Origin: an uncultured Oligoflexales bacterium | GTDB lineage: Bacteria; Bdellovibrionota_B; Oligoflexia; Oligoflexales; Oligoflexaceae | Reading direction: 5' to 3' | Length of the DNA: 64,000 nt | Assembly (NCBI GenBank): GCA_964582405.1 | Contig: CAZOSN010000005.1 | Location: 2,382 to 66,381, forward strand | Shown: one piece after another, positions 17,202-26,178 of the stretch | Layout: each line of letters begins with the position of its first letter | Position numbering within the stretch: position 1 is the first letter of the stretch | The notes under the pieces: generated by a model | The model's database searches: none | What the model was told of the DNA's origin: nothing | What the model saw: the letters and a program-made list of their open reading frames with translations, nothing else | Position numbers and translations under genes: made by a program

Positions 17202-18137
17202 ATGAATTTCAACAGTTTCGTCAAATCGTCGGGTCTCAAGGTTCTGGCTATGGCAAGGCTTGAGCAATGCGAGTATGTGCTCGTTCTCTATCTTCTTAAT
17301 TCCGCAGTATCGGAGTTAGGCGACTTTATCACCACCGAGCGCGAGCTAGCCTCCTTAATCGGCTTTCCGGAAAAACAAGTTCGCGAGGCTATCAACAAGC
17401 TCAGCGAGCGCTTTATCATCACAGTCAAATTTGGCGAAATTCCGCATCAGATGAGTCACCGGCAATCGATTCGAATCGGGATTCAGTTTGATGTCAAAGA
17501 GTGGTTGCTAGATTTTGATAACGACGTGAACTCTCAGGATGCCATCGTTTTCCCATTTCGTCGGGGGCAAAACCTCCATGTCATTGGTCCCGAGACGGGA
17601 GCTAATGCTCGGATCACCAAATCGCTCCCAACATGGACGCGCGTTTACAATGAATTCACCCGCGACAAGACGCTGACCGAGGTTGAACAGAACAAGGCCG
17701 AAGCGGACGCCAAGGTTTTGGTCGAAACCCATCCTGTTGATCAGGTCATGCTTATGTTGCGTCATTTTGATGAACGGATTCCCACCTTAAGTCTCCTGGC
17801 AAGCTCGTGGCAGCATTTTCAGGAGGTCTTCGAAGAAGAAGTCCAAAAAGTAGACTTTATGGAAGCGCGTCACAAGCATCTGGAACTTGATGACAAACTG
17901 CGTGAGTCAGTCGCTCAGTGGCTTGAGAATAAAGAAGAGGTGAATCTTTCGAGCGAAGAGGTGGGTGTTCTCGAAATTCTGTTAAATCACAGACACCCCC
18001 GCAGGCAGCTTTTTTGGGCTTACCAGTCGCGTAGCCGGTACCCGCAGCTATTGCGATTCTTCGAAGAAAACGCAAAGCATATGCTGGCGGTAACTTCCAA
18101 TGGCATGGTCGTGAAAAAACGTCCCCATCAAGATTAA
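17202..18137 (+). CDS. hypothetical protein with a winged-helix-like N-terminus
   Basis: ATG at 17202 with AGGAG 8 nt upstream. The N-terminal segment LEQCEYVLVLYLLNS...ERELASLIGFPEKQVREAINKLSERFIITV looks like a wHTH fold; this is an inference only. The rest is unassigned. Confidence 0.6.
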   Translation: MNFNSFVKSSGLKVLAMARLEQCEYVLVLYLLNSAVSELGDFITTERELASLIGFPEKQVREAINKLSERFIITVKFGEIPHQMSHRQSIRIGIQFDVKEWLLDFDNDVNSQDAIVFPFRRGQNLHVIGPETGANARITKSLPTWTRVYNEFTRDKTLTEVEQNKAEADAKVLVETHPVDQVMLMLRHFDERIPTLSLLASSWQHFQEVFEEEVQKVDFMEARHKHLELDDKLRESVAQWLENKEEVNLSSEEVGVLEILLNHRHPRRQLFWAYQSRSRYPQLLRFFEENAKHMLAVTSNGMVVKKRPHQD

Positions 18138-18418
18138 GCCTGCCAATATCTAGTGTGGTGAATCAGTAATTTCCTACATAATTGGACATCTCATACGACG
18201 AAGGTTTTAACCCGAGTGCAGACAATTGTTCTTTGATCGCGTTTTTAGATACGCACTCCTGGGGACCGTTGTTTGACTTTCTGCGGGTGAAAATTAACGA
18301 TGGCCGTTTCCTCAGACTGGTGAACGTACTAGCGACGGAGCCGAAGGTACGAAATTACGAAATAAAGAAGCCCGGTTGGCACACGCCGACCGGGCTTTTT
18401 ACTAACTTGGAGGAATTC

Positions 18419-19261
18419 TTACATGGTTGGTTTAAACCAGCAGAGTGGGCGCGCTCCGAGCTCAAAGCCGTCGGAGGTTGCGCAGGTTACGCCTTTTGAT
18501 TCCACTTCAGTTTTGGGGATCAAATTGTCATCGAATTCTCTTACGCAAAGTGCGCCAGACATGTAGGTATCCAAGCGGCACTGACCGGCAGGATGCGCAT
18601 GGTTGGTTTTGGAGACTTTTGATTTGTCAGGCGTATTGTACGCAACTTTTTGTCCACCCAAGTTGCCAAGCAGGTTGCCTAGAGAATAGCCTGCTTCCAT
18701 CACGCGGTAGCACAGGTCTTGGTCTGGTTCGGTCGACCAAACTTTGTCGCAGAGGTCTTTGGCATAGGGATCGATTGTTGCGCGATGCTTCGCGTTTTCT
18801 TCGACTTGATCTTGCCAAACATTGCGTCCACAGGTAAGCGTCGCGAAATAATCAGATTGGCCTTCGTCAGCCGCCCAGCTTGATACGAAAGGAAAACCAC
18901 CGAGGTGATGGCCAAGCTCGTGGCATGCAACTAAAGTAAGACCATCAAGCGTCGTTTCGGGGCGTCGTGCCAATCCGCCGAACATATTAACTGACCAGGT
19001 GGAGCCAATTTGCTGAGCGTAGGCATTAACGGTTGGATCTTTCCAGTTTTTTACCATTTGCAGCGTCGCACCGTGCGCCTTGATGATCGGAGCATAATAA
19101 GCTGTGGTGATGTCGATCGCTTGGTTAAACTCTGCTTCTGTCATATTTGCAGCGTTGAGATTGTCCTGCAGGTGAAGGTTGTTGGGTGGCAGAAAGGTAG
19201 CCATCGAGACCGACGAGATCAAGAAACTGAATGGTACTGCGATTTTGACCAAAAGATTCAT
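18419..19261 (-). CDS. secreted zinc metalloprotease (HExxH)
   Basis: Preferred start is the ATG at 19261, giving the signal peptide MNLLVKIAVPFSFLISSVSMA. Zinc-binding motif VACHELGHHLGG. Confidence 0.7.
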   Translation of the reverse strand: MNLLVKIAVPFSFLISSVSMATFLPPNNLHLQDNLNAANMTEAEFNQAIDITTAYYAPIIKAHGATLQMVKNWKDPTVNAYAQQIGSTWSVNMFGGLARRPETTLDGLTLVACHELGHHLGGFPFVSSWAADEGQSDYFATLTCGRNVWQDQVEENAKHRATIDPYAKDLCDKVWSTEPDQDLCYRVMEAGYSLGNLLGNLGGQKVAYNTPDKSKVSKTNHAHPAGQCRLDTYMSGALCVREFDDNLIPKTEVESKGVTCATSDGFELGARPLCWFKPTM

Positions 19262-19415
19262 AGACGTCCCTCTTAGGTAGGTGCAACAAAGAACTTTTCG
19301 CGACAAACTCTATTTTACCTTATTCTCATCCAAATTATCTAATAGCGGCAGTTGAAATGTTTTGATATGACCGCCCGGAAAGCGTCTCTATCTCCAAAAA
19401 CAAGGAGTTTGCAGT

Positions 19416-20093
19416 ATGTACAGACTGATTTTAGCAATTTTCACTATGGCGACGTCCTATGCTTCCGCAGCGACGTATAAGATTGATCCAGCAGAGTCTT
19501 TATTTGCGGTAATCACCCAGAAAGATGGCTTAGCAGCAGCATTTGCCCACAACCATTTAGTTGTTGCCCCAAATCCCACGGTACAATTGACAACTGACCC
19601 CAATCAGCTTGAATCCACCGAGTTTTCTTTCGTCACCTCTACTGTTGGGCTCGTATCCGATGATATGAAGCTGAACAATAAATGGTTCCCGCTCGTGCAG
19701 AGCGAAAAGATTTTGTCTGAGCCATTCACCGAAATTTCTCCCTCTAACAGGAGTTCGATCCGCAGCAGCATGCTCGGTGCAGAGCAGCTTGATGCTGAGA
19801 ATTATCCAACGATATCAGCGACATTAACCCGTGTGATTCCAAATCCACTTTATCCCGACCGCAGCAGCTACTCCAATTTGGCTACACTGACGGTCACGAT
19901 TCATGGTACAACCCTGTCGCGGGTCGTGCCCGTGAATTTCGCCTTTTCAGGTGATCATCTTGAAGCGCAGAGTGTTCAGGCCTTTAAATTTACAGATTTT
20001 GGCATGGAACCTTTTTCCGCTTTGTTCGGGGCAGTCAAGAATAAGAACCAATTTCATATTTTGGTAAAGGTGGCGGCCGCACGTGTTCAATAG
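19416..20093 (+). CDS. YceI-like periplasmic protein
   Basis: Signal peptide MYRLILAIFTMATSYASA. YKIDPAESLFAVITQKDGLAAAFAHNHLV resembles the N-terminal YceI signature. Called from memory, so moderate confidence. Confidence 0.5.
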   Translation: MYRLILAIFTMATSYASAATYKIDPAESLFAVITQKDGLAAAFAHNHLVVAPNPTVQLTTDPNQLESTEFSFVTSTVGLVSDDMKLNNKWFPLVQSEKILSEPFTEISPSNRSSIRSSMLGAEQLDAENYPTISATLTRVIPNPLYPDRSSYSNLATLTVTIHGTTLSRVVPVNFAFSGDHLEAQSVQAFKFTDFGMEPFSALFGAVKNKNQFHILVKVAAARVQ

Positions 20094-20100
20094 CAAAATG

Positions 20101-20130
20101 AGAGCAATTAAGAGCAATTAAGAGCAATTA
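20101..20130. repeat. perfect tandem repeat, 10-bp unit AGAGCAATTA x3
   Basis: Read directly. Starts 8 nt after the stop at 20093 and ends 21 nt before the ATG at 20152, immediately before the RBS AAGGAAGGGAG. Confidence 0.95.
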
Positions 20131-20151
20131 GATAAGGAAGGGAGATCTAAC

Positions 20152-21243
20152 ATGCATTCTTTGGTAAAATTTGCAGCAATCGGGATTCTTCTCACCAGTT
20201 CTGCCTGCTTGAGGCCGGCCGATTCTGTAAAGCCCAAAGAGCAGCAGAAATCGATCGGATCACTCAGCCTTGTTATTGCCGACAACGAAATGGCCGCTTT
20301 AGCTGAAGTCACAGGCTCTCAGCCTGAGACGGTCCATGTCCAGGTCTTTAACGTCGTAGACGACAAATTGGGCGAGCGCGAAAGCAACCATTTTTTTCCT
20401 GCCGTGTCCGGTGGACTGTATACCATAAGCGACCTCACCCTAGGGGTAAAGGAGTTTCAGATCGATATCCTTGGGGCCAATCAATTGCTTCTTGCTCAGG
20501 GCAGCGTTCGTCATCTTGTTGTGATGGGCCCTCAATCGATCGACGATTTGGTTCTTAAAAGGGTGACACAACCTGTCCTTGACTTGCGCGTGACTGTGGT
20601 TCCTACCGGTTTTCCATCCCAGGGCGGGGAAGGGGGACCTAAAGCTCCCGTGACCGAACCTGCCGAAGTTCATGAGATCTTGAATCGCTACCTGTGCACC
20701 GAATGCCATAGCAAAACGGCCAAACAGGGTGGCTATATCCTCAGCGAATTTCCGTACACCACGCCGCGCAAGCCGCGTCCAGTCCTTACGATCTTGGACA
20801 ATATGATCGCGGCGATGGAGGACCAATCGATGCCAACGGTTGGCGACAAAGCGACCGAAGCCGATATTGCGGTGCTTCGGGCATTTCGCGAGGTGGTAGC
20901 GCAAGGCGATGGTACCGAACCACCTAGAAATCCAGGAGGTCTCGTCACAAAGCTCGAGGTTAGTTTCAAACCTGAGGGAAGCGATACCCCCGAAGTTAGT
21001 TTGCCTATGAAGCAGCAGGAGAGCGCGTCAAGCTATGATTTCGTGATTGACCCCGCCAGTGCCCCCAAAGTTATGGTCGGTGCGACCTACCGGTTTAGCG
21101 CCAAGGTTTACGGCCAAGGTGGCATCCTTCTGAAAGAAGTTAAAGATCAAGTTCTGACCGTGGCAGGCAATGGCTTGGTGAGTTGGTCGATTCCAGTGAC
21201 TTATGACAAGCCCGGGGTAACGATCCGAATCCGTTTGGATTAA
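20152..21243 (+). CDS. lipoprotein with a single CXXCH (c-type haem-binding-like) motif
   Basis: Lipobox-like LLTSSAC. CTECH is encoded at 20695..20709, and a downstream DQSMP could supply the distal Met ligand. No other family recognised. Confidence 0.55.
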   Translation: MHSLVKFAAIGILLTSSACLRPADSVKPKEQQKSIGSLSLVIADNEMAALAEVTGSQPETVHVQVFNVVDDKLGERESNHFFPAVSGGLYTISDLTLGVKEFQIDILGANQLLLAQGSVRHLVVMGPQSIDDLVLKRVTQPVLDLRVTVVPTGFPSQGGEGGPKAPVTEPAEVHEILNRYLCTECHSKTAKQGGYILSEFPYTTPRKPRPVLTILDNMIAAMEDQSMPTVGDKATEADIAVLRAFREVVAQGDGTEPPRNPGGLVTKLEVSFKPEGSDTPEVSLPMKQQESASSYDFVIDPASAPKVMVGATYRFSAKVYGQGGILLKEVKDQVLTVAGNGLVSWSIPVTYDKPGVTIRIRLD

Positions 21244-21258
21244 GAATATCTGACTCGA

Positions 21259-21292
21259 TTCTGGGGCAGCTTTCGCATTGTATGCCCCAGAA
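21259..21292. terminator. hairpin between convergent genes (10-bp stem TTCTGGGGCA/TGCCCCAGAA, 14-nt loop)
   Basis: Read directly. Lies between 3' ends at 21243 (+) and 21300 (-). No clear U-tract on either strand. Confidence 0.4.
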
Positions 21293-21299
21293 CTCTATC

Positions 21300-22985
21300 C
21301 TACGAATGCTGCGACCTCTCCGCATCCCGAAGCTCGCGTCGCAGAATTTTTCCAACGGGCGACTTCGGTAGCTCCTTCCGAAATTCTACAAACTTAGGAA
21401 TCTTGTAGTTGGTCAAATACTTGCGCGCATAATCCAGAACCTCATCCTGCGTGAGGGTCGGTTTTTTAGGTACCACAAACAGCTTGATCACCTCACCTGA
21501 CTTAGGATGAGCCACGCCGATGGCCGCGCATTCTAAGATATCAGGATGCTGACTGATCACATCCTCAAGTTCGTTGGGATACACATTAAATCCCGAAACA
21601 ATGATCATGTCTTTTTTTCGATCAACGATGCGCATATAGCCTTCCTTGTCGATCGTTGCGATATCGCCGGTTTTTAACCAACCGTCGGCGGTCAGCACAT
21701 TGCGAGTTTCCTCGGTTCTTTGCCAGTAGCCCAGCATAACCTGGGGACCTCGCACCCAGAGCTCGCCCGCAGCGTTGGGGTCACCCAGGGGAAGGTCTTT
21801 GCCGTCATCGCCGACCAGTCGGACTTCGGTCCCCTCGATGGGCTTCCCAATCGTTCCAAAATGGGAAAATCCTTCGATGTTAAGACTTACAATAGGAGAT
21901 GCCTCCGTAAGACCATAACCTTCCACAATGTCGCAGCCTGTTACCTCCCGCCAACAATCGTAAGCATCCTTGGTCAAGCTCATGCCGCCTGATGCCGTGA
22001 ATCGCAGATTTGAAAAATCTAATGATCTAAAGTCTTTGTTCTCGCAAAGGGCAACAAAAAGGGTCGTGATACCCGCGATTCCCGTGAAAGGATAGCGACG
22101 GAGAATCTTGACAAACCTTGGGATATCCCGCGGATTTGTGATCAGAATATTGCGATTGCCGGTGACCATCATACCCATCATGGCGACCGTGAAAGAATAG
22201 ATATGATAGAGAGGCAAGGGCGAGACCACGATCTCTTCGCATTCGCGGCATAGTTTGCCTAAGACGTCTTGAGCTTGGCTGATATTGGCAATGAGATTGC
22301 CATGGGTAAGCATGGCGCCCTTTGACCCTCCGGTGGTCCCACCCGTGTACTGAAGCATCGCCAAGGCTTCATGAGGTAGGTTGGGTCGTTTGTAGGTTGG
22401 TTTTAGGTTTTCCCCTAAAGTCAAGGCATCCCTAAACTCGACATGGTCGGGTAGATTGAAGGAGGGCTGCATCTTGGCCACGTGGCGGAACATGAAATGA
22501 TAGAAGTTTCGGGTTAACCAAGGATGCAGGTCACACAGTCCCACGACAATAACCTGCGTTACCGAAGTCTTGGCTAGAATTTTTTCCGCTTTATAGGCCA
22601 TGCCAGAAAAAATGATAAGGACTTTGGCGCCAGAGTCGTTGAGCTGGTGAAGCATTTCGGCTTCGGTGTACAAGGGATTGGTATTTACCAGAACAAATCC
22701 CGCACGCAAGATTCCCAGACAGGCGACTGGAAAAGCCAAAATATTGGGTGCCATCAAAGCAATCCGGTCGCCCTGGTTTAAAGATTTTAGGCTTTGCAGA
22801 TAAGCGGCGAATGCTTGGCTCAACTCGTCGATTTCGCGATAAGTTAGATCATGATTGATATTGGTGAACGCGATTTTGCTGGCATACTTTTTTACACAGT
22901 CGTCGATCAAATCCAGAAGCGAGGCATATTTGAGTTTTATCGAAGAGGCCGGTTTAACGCCGCGATCAAGCCAGAATGAATCCAT
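21300..22985 (-). CDS. fadD: long-chain fatty acid--CoA ligase
   Basis: 561 aa. AMP-binding motif YTGGTTGGSKGAMLTHGNL, plus GYGLTEASP, WLKTGDIA and the C-terminal PKSPVGKILRRELR. Confidence 0.85.
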   Translation of the reverse strand: MDSFWLDRGVKPASSIKLKYASLLDLIDDCVKKYASKIAFTNINHDLTYREIDELSQAFAAYLQSLKSLNQGDRIALMAPNILAFPVACLGILRAGFVLVNTNPLYTEAEMLHQLNDSGAKVLIIFSGMAYKAEKILAKTSVTQVIVVGLCDLHPWLTRNFYHFMFRHVAKMQPSFNLPDHVEFRDALTLGENLKPTYKRPNLPHEALAMLQYTGGTTGGSKGAMLTHGNLIANISQAQDVLGKLCRECEEIVVSPLPLYHIYSFTVAMMGMMVTGNRNILITNPRDIPRFVKILRRYPFTGIAGITTLFVALCENKDFRSLDFSNLRFTASGGMSLTKDAYDCWREVTGCDIVEGYGLTEASPIVSLNIEGFSHFGTIGKPIEGTEVRLVGDDGKDLPLGDPNAAGELWVRGPQVMLGYWQRTEETRNVLTADGWLKTGDIATIDKEGYMRIVDRKKDMIIVSGFNVYPNELEDVISQHPDILECAAIGVAHPKSGEVIKLFVVPKKPTLTQDEVLDYARKYLTNYKIPKFVEFRKELPKSPVGKILRRELRDAERSQHS

Positions 22986-23004
22986 TGTTTGTTGTCCTTA
23001 TTTT

Positions 23005-23790
23005 CTAAAAACCGTTCCATTCACGAAAGCACTTCGTGCTGGCTAAACCTTGTGCCCGCCAGTGCGCCAACTGTGTTAACGCTTCCGCAGTCATAGATCC
23101 CCACCATGACAGAAGTTGTCCATCGACTTTATAAAGCCTGGAATCAGTTTCGCCAAGCTCTTGTCTTAGTTTCGCGGCATCTCGGAGGCGAAACGGGTAA
23201 GGCTCGCTTGCAAGTAGCACGAGTTTCGGATTTAGCGACCGAAGCTCGGTCGCCGTTACTGTGGGATAGCGTGACTCAGAGTTAGGTAAGGCATGCCGCA
23301 ATCCTATGGTGTTAAAAAGGTTGTGGATATAGGTGTCGGTGCCCGCGACCATATACGGGTTTTTCCATATCAAATAGAGGTAGGTTGGCCCGAGGTTGAA
23401 TCCTGCCGAAGGGGATGACAGAACGCTTTTTAAAGCGTGTTTCAACCGGGTAAACCCATCCCCGCCCAAAACCGCTTCCAACTCAGTAAACATTGTCAGG
23501 ACTTCGGGCGCAGTCTTGGGAAAAGTGCGAACGACCCGCCATTCTCGTTCAAGGTCAGCGATATCCTGCGCGCGATTTTCTTCGTCATTAGTCAGAATAT
23601 GGGAGGGGTTTAGACTGCGGATGATGGCGAGGTCCGGATCCTTTGTGCCACCCACGAGGGTTTTGGTCTTCCATAGTCCCTTGGGAGATACGCAGAACTT
23701 GGTGCAGCCGACGATCGAATCTTTGAAACCGGCATCCACCAAAGTTCTTGTCAGACTCGGCACGAGGCTTACAATACGGAGTTTCGTCAA
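23005..23790 (-). CDS. BtuF/TroA-like helical-backbone metal receptor family protein, no signal peptide
   Basis: N-terminal RIVSLVPSLTRTLVDAGFKDSIVGCTKFC...VGGTKDPDLAIIRSLNPSHIL matches periplasmic-binding-protein family 2 (PF01497-like). Starts directly with MTKLRIVSL, with no leader. Confidence 0.6.
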   Translation of the reverse strand: MTKLRIVSLVPSLTRTLVDAGFKDSIVGCTKFCVSPKGLWKTKTLVGGTKDPDLAIIRSLNPSHILTNDEENRAQDIADLEREWRVVRTFPKTAPEVLTMFTELEAVLGGDGFTRLKHALKSVLSSPSAGFNLGPTYLYLIWKNPYMVAGTDTYIHNLFNTIGLRHALPNSESRYPTVTATELRSLNPKLVLLASEPYPFRLRDAAKLRQELGETDSRLYKVDGQLLSWWGSMTAEALTQLAHWRAQGLASTKCFREWNGF

Positions 23791-23857
23791 ATTTTACATG
23801 CCTCCGGCCATCTGTTAGAGTTAAGAATCGCCGGTCATTATAGGATTAGGAAGCGCC

Positions 23858-25141
23858 ATGCTCAACAAGCTTCATCAGGTGGTCAATAAAAGACTTCTCG
23901 TAGCATTTCTCATGGGTTGCGCGTCGGGGCTGCCGCTGTTGATCACGATCACGCTGATGCAGGCCTGGGCCACAGATAGCGGGGTAAGCCTGGAGGCCGT
24001 GGGCCTTATGTCGTTGGTCGGTTTGCCCTATACGCTGAAATTTGTATGGGCACCGCTCTTTGATCATTTTCGTTTGCCGTTTCTCGGCAGACGCCGTGGC
24101 TGGCTTGTTGTGGTTCAGATCTCGTTGATCCTAAGCATCGCGGGGATGGGTTTTACAGATCCGAGCGGGGGCGAAAAGGCGCTCGGGTTTTTTGTGTTTG
24201 CGGCATTCCTCGTTACTTTTTTCAGCGCCAGCCAAGATATTATTATCGATGCCTACCGACGAGAGGATTTGAATGCCCAGGAGCTTGGGTTGGGTTCATC
24301 CTACTATGTCTATGGTTACCGCCTTGGCATGCTGATAGCTAGCGGTGGTGGGTTGGTGCTAGCGGACCATATGTCCTGGCGGGGTGTTTTCCTGGTTATG
24401 GCCGCGTGCTTGATCCCTGGGGTGTTCATGACGTTGGCGGCGAAGGAACCCGAGGTTCTGGAAAGTTCCACAAGCAATTTTCGTGAGGCTGTGGTTGCAC
24501 CTTTCGTTGATTACTTTAAGAGGGATTCGGCCTGGCATATTCTTCTTTTTATCCTGCTCTACAAAGTTGGTGATAATATGGCATCCGCGCTGACCACCAG
24601 GTTCTACCTCGATCTGGGTTTTTCAAAATCCGAGATAGGCGTCGTCGTCAAACTCTTTGGATTCTGGGCAACCATGATCGGTGGTTTTGTTGGAGGCGTT
24701 TACCTTCTGAAATATGGTGTCAACCGGGCACTTTGGATCTTTGGATTTTTGCAGATGCTATCGACCGCAGGTTTTGCAGTCCTCGCGCAAATAGGTGCCA
24801 AGCTCTGGATGCTCACGGTCGTGGTGAGTTTTGAAAACCTCACGGTCGGCATGGGGACGGCGGCTTTTGTCGCCTATATGGCGAGTTTAACGAATAAAAA
24901 GTTTACCGCGACACAGTATGCCTTGCTCACAAGTCTTATGAATGTCCCGCGGACCCTGCTGGCGTCTGCAACTGGATTCTTGGCTTCGAGCTTAGGGTGG
25001 TTTAGTTTTTATGTGTTCTGCACTCTGATTGCGATTCCAGGTCTTATCTTGCTTCAACGTTTTGCCCCTTGGCGAAGCAGTTTTGGCAAACCGAATCCGG
25101 TGCAAAACCCCGGGAAACTTGTGTCCTGTGATGACTACTGA
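23858..25141 (+). CDS. ampG: AmpG-family muropeptide MFS permease
   Basis: GCASGLPLLITITLMQAWATDSGVSLEAVGLMSLVGLPYTLKFVWAPLFD and FSASQDIIIDAYRRE are typical of AmpG. About 12 or more TM helices. Confidence 0.8.
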   Translation: MLNKLHQVVNKRLLVAFLMGCASGLPLLITITLMQAWATDSGVSLEAVGLMSLVGLPYTLKFVWAPLFDHFRLPFLGRRRGWLVVVQISLILSIAGMGFTDPSGGEKALGFFVFAAFLVTFFSASQDIIIDAYRREDLNAQELGLGSSYYVYGYRLGMLIASGGGLVLADHMSWRGVFLVMAACLIPGVFMTLAAKEPEVLESSTSNFREAVVAPFVDYFKRDSAWHILLFILLYKVGDNMASALTTRFYLDLGFSKSEIGVVVKLFGFWATMIGGFVGGVYLLKYGVNRALWIFGFLQMLSTAGFAVLAQIGAKLWMLTVVVSFENLTVGMGTAAFVAYMASLTNKKFTATQYALLTSLMNVPRTLLASATGFLASSLGWFSFYVFCTLIAIPGLILLQRFAPWRSSFGKPNPVQNPGKLVSCDDY

Positions 25142-25210
25142 CGCTTGTGCTTCCTTTGAAGAGAAAGTAAAGTGATCGCTGCGTTATAAAAACTACCAAG
25201 AGTTTACATC

Positions 25211-26161
25211 ATGACCGGAAAAGCCATCGGCACTGAGGATGTTCTTACATTTCAGGGTCTTATACTGAAACTCCAAACATTCTGGGCCGACTTTGGCGCC
25301 GCCATTATGCAGCCGTTTGACATGGAGGTTGGAGCGGGCACTTTTCATCCCGCAACCTTCATCCGCGCGATCGGGCCAGAGATCTGGAACGCGGCCTATG
25401 TGCAACCATCGCGTCGCCCCACCGATGGGCGCTACGGCGAAAATCCTAATAGGCTGCAGCATTACTATCAGTTTCAGGTTGTATTAAAGCCTGCCCCCGA
25501 CAATCTTCAGGATCTCTATCTAGCATCGCTTTATCAGCTGGGCATCGATCCAAAGGTTCACGACATTCGTTTTGTCGAGGATAACTGGGAGTCACCGACT
25601 CTAGGGGCATGGGGCCTGGGTTGGGAAATTTGGCTCAATGGTATGGAGGTGAGCCAGTTTACCTATTTTCAGCAAGTTGGAGGTCTGGCTTGTTTTCCCG
25701 TAACCGGCGAACTCACGTACGGTTTGGAACGCATCGCCATGTACCTGCAGAATGTCGATAGCGTCTATGATCTCGTGTGGGCACAGGGTCCCAGAGGACC
25801 GGTGTACTATCGCGACGTCTATCACCAAAACGAGGTTGAGATGTCGCATTATAATTTTACCCATGCGCCAGTCGAGTTCTTGCTTGAGGCCTTCCAGGTG
25901 TACGAGCGCGAATGTGGTAAACTTCTGGATGCCGGATTGCCCCTACCAGCTTATGAAATGGTTCTCAAAGCCTCGCATAGCTTTAATCTGCTAGATGCCC
26001 GCAAAGCGATTTCGGTGACTGAACGTCAAAATTTCATCCTTAAGGTTCGAGCACTTGCGCGTCGGGTTGCAACGAGCTATTTCGAATCGCGCCAAGCGCT
26101 CGGGTTCCCCGGCGCACCGTCTCACTACAAAGATCGCGCGCGCGAACTTTTTGCTACCTAA
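25211..26161 (+). CDS. glyQ: glycine--tRNA ligase alpha subunit
   Basis: Highly conserved GlyQ segments: [63 protein letters not shown] and TYFQQVGG. Confidence 0.95.
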   Translation: MTGKAIGTEDVLTFQGLILKLQTFWADFGAAIMQPFDMEVGAGTFHPATFIRAIGPEIWNAAYVQPSRRPTDGRYGENPNRLQHYYQFQVVLKPAPDNLQDLYLASLYQLGIDPKVHDIRFVEDNWESPTLGAWGLGWEIWLNGMEVSQFTYFQQVGGLACFPVTGELTYGLERIAMYLQNVDSVYDLVWAQGPRGPVYYRDVYHQNEVEMSHYNFTHAPVEFLLEAFQVYERECGKLLDAGLPLPAYEMVLKASHSFNLLDARKAISVTERQNFILKVRALARRVATSYFESRQALGFPGAPSHYKDRARELFAT

Positions 26162-26178
26162 ACTTACCCGGGGCTATC

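Noticed and set aside
18182-18499. 105-aa TTG-initiated ORF in the gap after the winged-helix-like gene
   Set aside because: It has a non-ATG start with no obvious RBS and no recognisable motif. Its 3' end would overlap the convergent protease gene by 81 nt. I cannot exclude a shorter real peptide.
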